Below, one piece after another: positions 54,298 to 64,000 of a DNA stretch of 64,000 nucleotides. Position 1 is the stretch's first letter. Each line of letters begins with the position of its first letter. The position numbers and the translations under genes are program-made. The notes beneath the pieces are model-generated. The model was not told the origin of the DNA. It searched no databases and worked only from the letters and a program-made list of their open reading frames with translations. The stretch comes from Chrysomallon squamiferum (taxonomy: Eukaryota; Animalia; Mollusca). The stretch spans positions 13,888,001 to 13,952,000 of the forward strand of contig CM022669.1 in assembly GCA_012295275.1 (NCBI GenBank), written 5' to 3'.

Positions 54298-55259
54298 AAA
54301 TGCTTATTCTGTAATTACATTTCTCCTATAAGAAAATCATATAGTTCTATATTAGTGTCAGATTCTTACAAATCTTATAAATATTATGATTTAATAATAA
54401 TTCTCAGTTACTGTAATGATTATTAAAATATAAATATAAATCAACTATCAGGGTTATTACCTCAACTTTAACTGTTATTATTATGAATAAGCCATTTTTA
54501 TTTATTTTTCTTAAGAATTTCAACAATAATCAGTCAGGTGTTAAAGCAATGAAATCAACACTATTAAAAGCACATTATTGTTCAAGATGAACAAGGATAT
54601 TAGATTATTTAACTTTAAAAAAAAACAATTGTCCAAAATACTTCCTTTATTAAAATGTGAATTACGTTGGGGCTAATGTTATTGGAACAGATTACCATAT
54701 CCTGCTTTGTAAATGAATGAACCATAAAAACAGGAGTTCACTAGATCACAGTGACTTTATTAAATACAAAGAATGGAAAATATACTGTATTAAATATCTG
54801 ATATATATTTTAAAGTTATGTAGTGTGTGTGTGTGTGTGTGTGTGAGGGGGTGGGTGTGTGTGTGCATCTGTGAAATAGTGAAAGATGAAAATGTTTATT
54901 CTTTAAATAGTGTTCTCCTAAAAGAAAATTATATAATGATATACTAGTGTCAGATTTTTTCAAATCTTATAAATATTATGATTTAATAATAATACTCAAA
55001 GAAAAAACACTATATACTCACATATACATACACAACACACACACACACACATATATATATCAGCATGTTTATAGTAATTATTCAAATGTAAAAAAATAAA
55101 AATAAAATTCAAATCAAATAACAAACATATTTCCTCAATTTTAATTGTTACGTCAATTGTCAATGCAATGAGTCAATGCATATTCACCAATTTTAAAAGC
55201 ATATTACTGTTTAAGATGAACAAAGATATTAGACTATTTAACTTTTAAAAAAACAATTC
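53600..55259. repeat. Old ~0.6-1 kb tandem segmental duplication with nested sub-repeats and (TG)n/(GA)n tracts
   Basis: TTGTCCAAAATACTTC..GTTGGGGCTAATGTTA..CCATATCCT.CTTTGTAAAT at ~53605 and ~54629. AAGATGAACAA.GATATTAGA.TATTTAACTTT at ~54584 and ~55213. GATGAAAA..TTATTCT blocks occur four times. Confidence 0.85.
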
Positions 55260-55779
55260 AGTTAATAATATAGATAAGAATGCTTGCAGAGCCATTTTAT
55301 CATCCATACTGTAATTGTAAACAGTAAACCAACTGCTGGTTAATTTGTACTGGCAAAGAGTAAAATCTGAAAACTGACTGATATTATCCATTTGATGATA
55401 ATGTCAGTGTGACATGCAGAATGGGCATCCAACTCATGGTGGATGGCATGAGTAACAACTGACCTCCCAAATTTGTGCACCACATAGGGAAGATTTGGAA
55501 ATAACAAGAACAAATTGGTTCTCATATTTTTAATCTGTGTAAAATTCTGGAAAATCAGTCAGACAATTACCATACTATTATTTGATGGAACTGTTATTTG
55601 GTTTTTCTTTTCTAATTATTATTTTATTAATATTATAATATGTTTGGAATGTCACTTTAGTTGGACCTCAGTATGTGAAATCTATTGCAGTGGTATGAAC
55701 AAAAAGAAAACATATAATAGGCAGAATTCAAATTTGGCCACAATATTCCTTTAATAAAGAACAATAGTTTAGAATGACA

Positions 55780-55799
55780 GTAATAATAATAACAATAAC

Positions 55800-55896
<97 letters not shown>
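55780..55896. repeat. (TAA)n(TAG)n compound microsatellite
   Basis: Directly visible. Confidence 0.95.
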
Positions 55897-56049
55897 ATCA
55901 GTTGTAATAACTGTAAGATTTATAGTTAAATCTGTTTGTTAATGATCTTAACGCCTGTATCTATAATTTTTAAGTATTTATTTATAGTACACGGATATTA
56001 TTGTTAAATAAAGTAGAAAGCTATTATATATTTTTGTCCGTTGGATTAC

Positions 56050-56520
56050 CTGGTTAATCACATAATTATCTTCAAATGATAAAAAGTAGACGAATGAGAA
56101 AAGAAACTGCTGCCACTACTTAATGACAGCAGTTCGAAATCGGATGCTACAGAATATCCGAAGACGAATTTGTGCATGTATAGACAAACCGAACACCAGT
56201 GATCCGACATAAAAAGAAAAGAAAATTCCTTATATCCATAAATCAAATATAATTTACAGAAAAATTGCATAAGTACAAACCTTTAAGACAAAAACAAATC
56301 TATATTAAATGAAAAATCATCTCAAATGCCCCAACACTGTCACTTTCACCACGTTTCATATCACAGGTGACGATCTAACATCGTCTGTTCATACTATTGA
56401 CATTTAACTGTTTTAAGCTATTGGCCAACACGCATGCTCAGACATTGTTTATTCATTATGAAAGGTCAAGGATCAAGTAGTAGACATCTCGGCCAGCCAG
56501 TATTTGATGTTAATTTTAGT
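56050..56520 (-). promoter_or_regulatory. Putative promoter / non-coding first exon of the coiled-coil gene
   Basis: Locally CpG-retaining sequence, a CAG|GTAATC donor on - at 56048-56049, and an ACGCATGC motif at ~56429. Positional inference only. Confidence 0.3.
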
Positions 56521-56713
56521 TTTGCCAAACCGAAGAGTTTTCGAATTAAATAAATAAATAAATAAATATTTTCAACCAGATTACTTTTTTTTTGTTGATG
56601 TTTACAATAATGTTGCAAATTTCGACAAATTTTAAGTAATAATGAAATATACGGATACAAATGGGTACAGTTTTATTTATATTAATGTTATATTAATTCA
56701 TGTTCTTTCTTTA

Positions 56714-56758
<45 letters not shown>

Positions 56759-58107
56759 CTGTTGTTGTTGTTGTTGTTGTTGCTATTTTAAGCGTATATG
56801 TATTTTTATTTTTAGAACACTATAATCACATTTGAAAAGTGTTTTTTTTCTTTCTTTTTTCTAATCCTTTATTTATTTATTTATTTTTTTTTATTTTTTT
56901 TTATTATTTATTTATTATCATTATTGTTTTGTTAATTTTTTGTTAATATTTGTTAAGCTCTTTGTTAAATTTATATTTAAAAATATGTTTACGCATGTAT
57001 GTGTATCTGTGTTTTTGTGTGCTTGTTTGTGTTTAACAGTGATAGTAATATAAATTAATGGAAACAATAAGAAAAATTTGTAATAATAATAATTATACTA
57101 TATCAAAATACCAGAATAACTGCGGGGATCTGTTTTTGTCCCCTATAAACACTATAAAAATTTCATTAAATTTTCATTTCCGTGCATTGTTTAAAAACCA
57201 CATAAATGTGATATAATTATTTTTATTATTTTTTTTATTTTCATTAATACAGTAACGGTCAGCTTACAAAATTTTTATTATTATTTTATTTTTTTTTTCA
57301 TACAGAAGATCCAACTAGCAACAATCATCAGACAAATGTATCATACATAGAAAACATGTTTCTTCCTTTTTTCTTTCTTTCTTTTTTTTTTTTTATTATT
57401 TTTTTTTTTTTTTTCGTCATATAAAATTCATACAACAATTTATTTTAATTTGACAGACAACCGTTGTTTATTATATTTCACTAAGCATATGTTCGTACCC
57501 TGGTTATAAACTTAACAGCTATCACTCCGAAGTGTTAAAATGGCGGCATTCAGACGTTTTGTAACCATATCATTTTATTTTCGTACTTTTTATTATCTAA
57601 AACAAATAAAATAATATCTTGGAAGTAAAAATAATTTATTTCGACAATTTATTCGTGAAACCGAAGGTACACTTTAAGATTATTTGCTCTATCGATAAAT
57701 GAATTATCTCATGCTGTTGTTTGTTACTGAATTACTTTAGCCGGTGTTTCTCATTAAAAAACACAATTAACCTAACGTGTCCTTATGCATATCTTCTTTT
57801 TTTTTTTTTTTTTTTTGTTTTTTGCATCTACTGACGCAGATGTAGAATTGGCAAGGTCGTATTCAATGTGCACTGAGTACATGAACGATAAATAACTATC
57901 TGTAGGTTCATAGTTTTTGTTTAAAAATAAATAAATAAAATAGAATAAATTAAATAAAACTGAATAAAATAAATAATAGATGCAACCACAACATCAGCAA
58001 CAGTGAGAGGATGAAGAAGAAGTTACATTTAAATGTATAATATTTATAACGGGAAATTATGACATGAATAATAACCTGATTATTAAACAACAATCATTAT
58101 TTCCCTA

Positions 58108-58138
<31 letters not shown>

Positions 58139-59384
58139 TTGCAAGTGAAAATTAATAAAGTTATATCCAATAGCTTTATACAATTTATTTACATTGTAAT
58201 CATAATACTATTAACCTGTTATTATTTATTTATTTATTTTAAATAAATATCTTGTACAAAAAAAAAATAAAAAATAGACAACATATTTGCCAACTAAATA
58301 ACTTTGTGATTTGTTATTAAAGAGGCTAAATGCGACATAGAAAGCCATGCTACGATTCAACAGCTATTTGAGGCAGACTGAGGCCAGGATCCCTGTGCTT
58401 CTTGAAATCGAAATGGTGCGCCATAGTTAAATGTGTCACGTGTCTTCCTCAGTGCATTCATTGGTATAAATATTACAGCAACAACAAAAATCTCGTCATT
58501 CTAGGATACTGTCTTGAATCAGTGAGTAGATTAAATTCCATACTGTTTTTATTTTATTTTAAGAAAAACAAAACAGAAAAGTAAATAAATAAATAAAACC
58601 TTAATTCGTGTATTGATTATTTCTATTGAAAACGCATCCGGTTTCGCGCCAGTATTTCAGCTGTTACAATAACTTCCCACGTATCTATCATAGTTTGCAT
58701 GCGGTGCAGCCCGACCAGCAATCGTCTTGTTAATAGATAAACAATTATCCCATAATTAGTTTTATCATTCAGAATCAGAAAATATAAGTAGTGATTTGTT
58801 TGTCGGTTACCATACTTTTCGCTTTAACCATTAATACATATCTAAATCATGTACATCTGTTGCAGAAAAAAAGTTTCTATAGTTTGATAGTTTGATAGGT
58901 ATGGCACCTGAAGGGCTGTCTGTTTATATATGACAAAAAAAACAAAAACAACATACACATAAATCTTTTTTATTATTACTTTAATAAAATGCATTTGCAA
59001 AAGTTCAAAATATGTTGACATTTTTCTCATCTTAATTATTTTAATGTGCAAATGAAAGATCAAAATAATTTAATCATTTTGAAACTATAAGAAAAGACAA
59101 ACAAACGGTGAGACATTTCCACATACACAGACTGAGTCAGACTCGCGGACATAATTATATTCTCCACCTCCATCTTCAGCGACAACAAACTAAATAATAT
59201 TAAAGAATCTTAAAATTAAATTAATAAAAGTATAAACATTTTTGAAATATATACAGTTAATATGTGGGTGCGGATTAGTTCAATATTTTACTGCTAAATT
59301 TTTTTTAATAATAATGATAATAATAATAATAAATAAATAAATAATTAAATAAATAAATACATAAATAAATAAATAAATAAGGAA

Positions 59385-63010
<3,626 letters not shown>

Positions 63011-64000
63011 TTTCTTTAATTTTAATAAAAAAAATTTTATTTTAAGTTTGAAACGGAAAAAGTTATTGACATAAAGCGTCAGAATGTTATTCCTGCTTAT
63101 TCAGTTATTATTAGTAGAGTAGTAGTAGCAGTTGTTGTTGTAGCAGTAGTGGTAATAGCAGCAGCAGCAGTAGTAGCAGAAATAGTATTTATAAAGGTTA
63201 AAAGTATCTATCCTAAATGGCAAAAGTATACAATCACGATTGCAGTAGTGTTTGTTAAAAGATCCGGGACCATGTGAGTAGTTTGTTAAACAACAAATAC
63301 ACAAGCTGTTGCGATTCTTATCACTTATTGTGTTATTGTGAATGAAAATAATACAAATCACATGCCTACAAGCTACCGGTCATGTACACAACGAAAAAAA
63401 GCTATTCTATGTTTGTCACTGAAGGTAGGGGGAAAAAAAACTACAAAAAGAAAGCCAGAACTAACTTCTTCAATGAAACTTTTGGTTTACGTATTTTAAA
63501 GCGAAACAAGCAAGGTATATTTTATTTTATTTCTTTATTATTTTTTTTTTTTTTTGAAATTTATGGAAGGAAATGGTTTTCCTTCTGATATCATAGACAG
63601 TCATTTGAAAACTTTATAATAGCTGGTTTTCTGAACTGCACCAATGAAAAATTAAATAATATTTTTTAATTTGTTCACAAAAATGCTTTTACCATCGCTA
63701 CATTCACCGATATGTCGGAAATTCATGGACTGTTATATCAACTGTTAGAAGTGCCTTTTGGGTATCTTTTGTATAGGTGTTCGCCACTGTTGCATGTTTA
63801 AATCAAAGACTGCCGGTAAAAATCGATTACTTTTCGGGTAGCCATATTTACCATGTTATTCGCTCTCTGTAACCGCGCTAAGGTTTTGCATTGATCTTGT
63901 ACGACTCGTTACATAGTACTATGAAATGACTCAATAACACACAGGGCTTCATATACATTATGAATAAGACACGTATAATATCAATGAATACTATTCCGTT

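Noticed and set aside
63600-64000. Higher-complexity segment at the window end
   Set aside because: No sustained ORF or recognisable motif, and it is truncated by the window edge.

Overview
Very AT-rich, microsatellite-dense, intron-rich animal DNA, probably an invertebrate. A lophotrochozoan or mollusc is my guess from composition and gene style; it is not demonstrated. Most entries in the ORF track are low-complexity noise, so I rebuilt spliced genes by hand. Four genes: (1) the last 13 coding exons of NBAS on + (308-7959); (2) a cytoplasmic asparaginyl-tRNA synthetase NARS1 on - (11986-25143, 17 coding exons); (3) a ~36-exon, ~1,780-aa coiled-coil protein on - (29137-52708) that I cannot name; (4) a 7-exon, 404-aa protein on - (59385-63010) with signal peptide, JmjC/cupin domain, EF-hand and C-terminal HEEL. 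Mobile DNA includes a degenerate hAT element just downstream of NARS1 and a pogo/Tigger4(MER46)-like MITE. Oddities include two GC-AG introns, at least five single-base frame breaks in short homopolymers (most likely long-read assembly errors), several tandem repeats that copy splice sites, a candidate 30-nt exon ending TAG-ATG, and an 80-nt intronic palindrome. I found no rRNA, tRNA or CRISPR array, and no evidence for a multi-gene novel system. The most interesting product is the putative ER-lumenal JmjC oxygenase.
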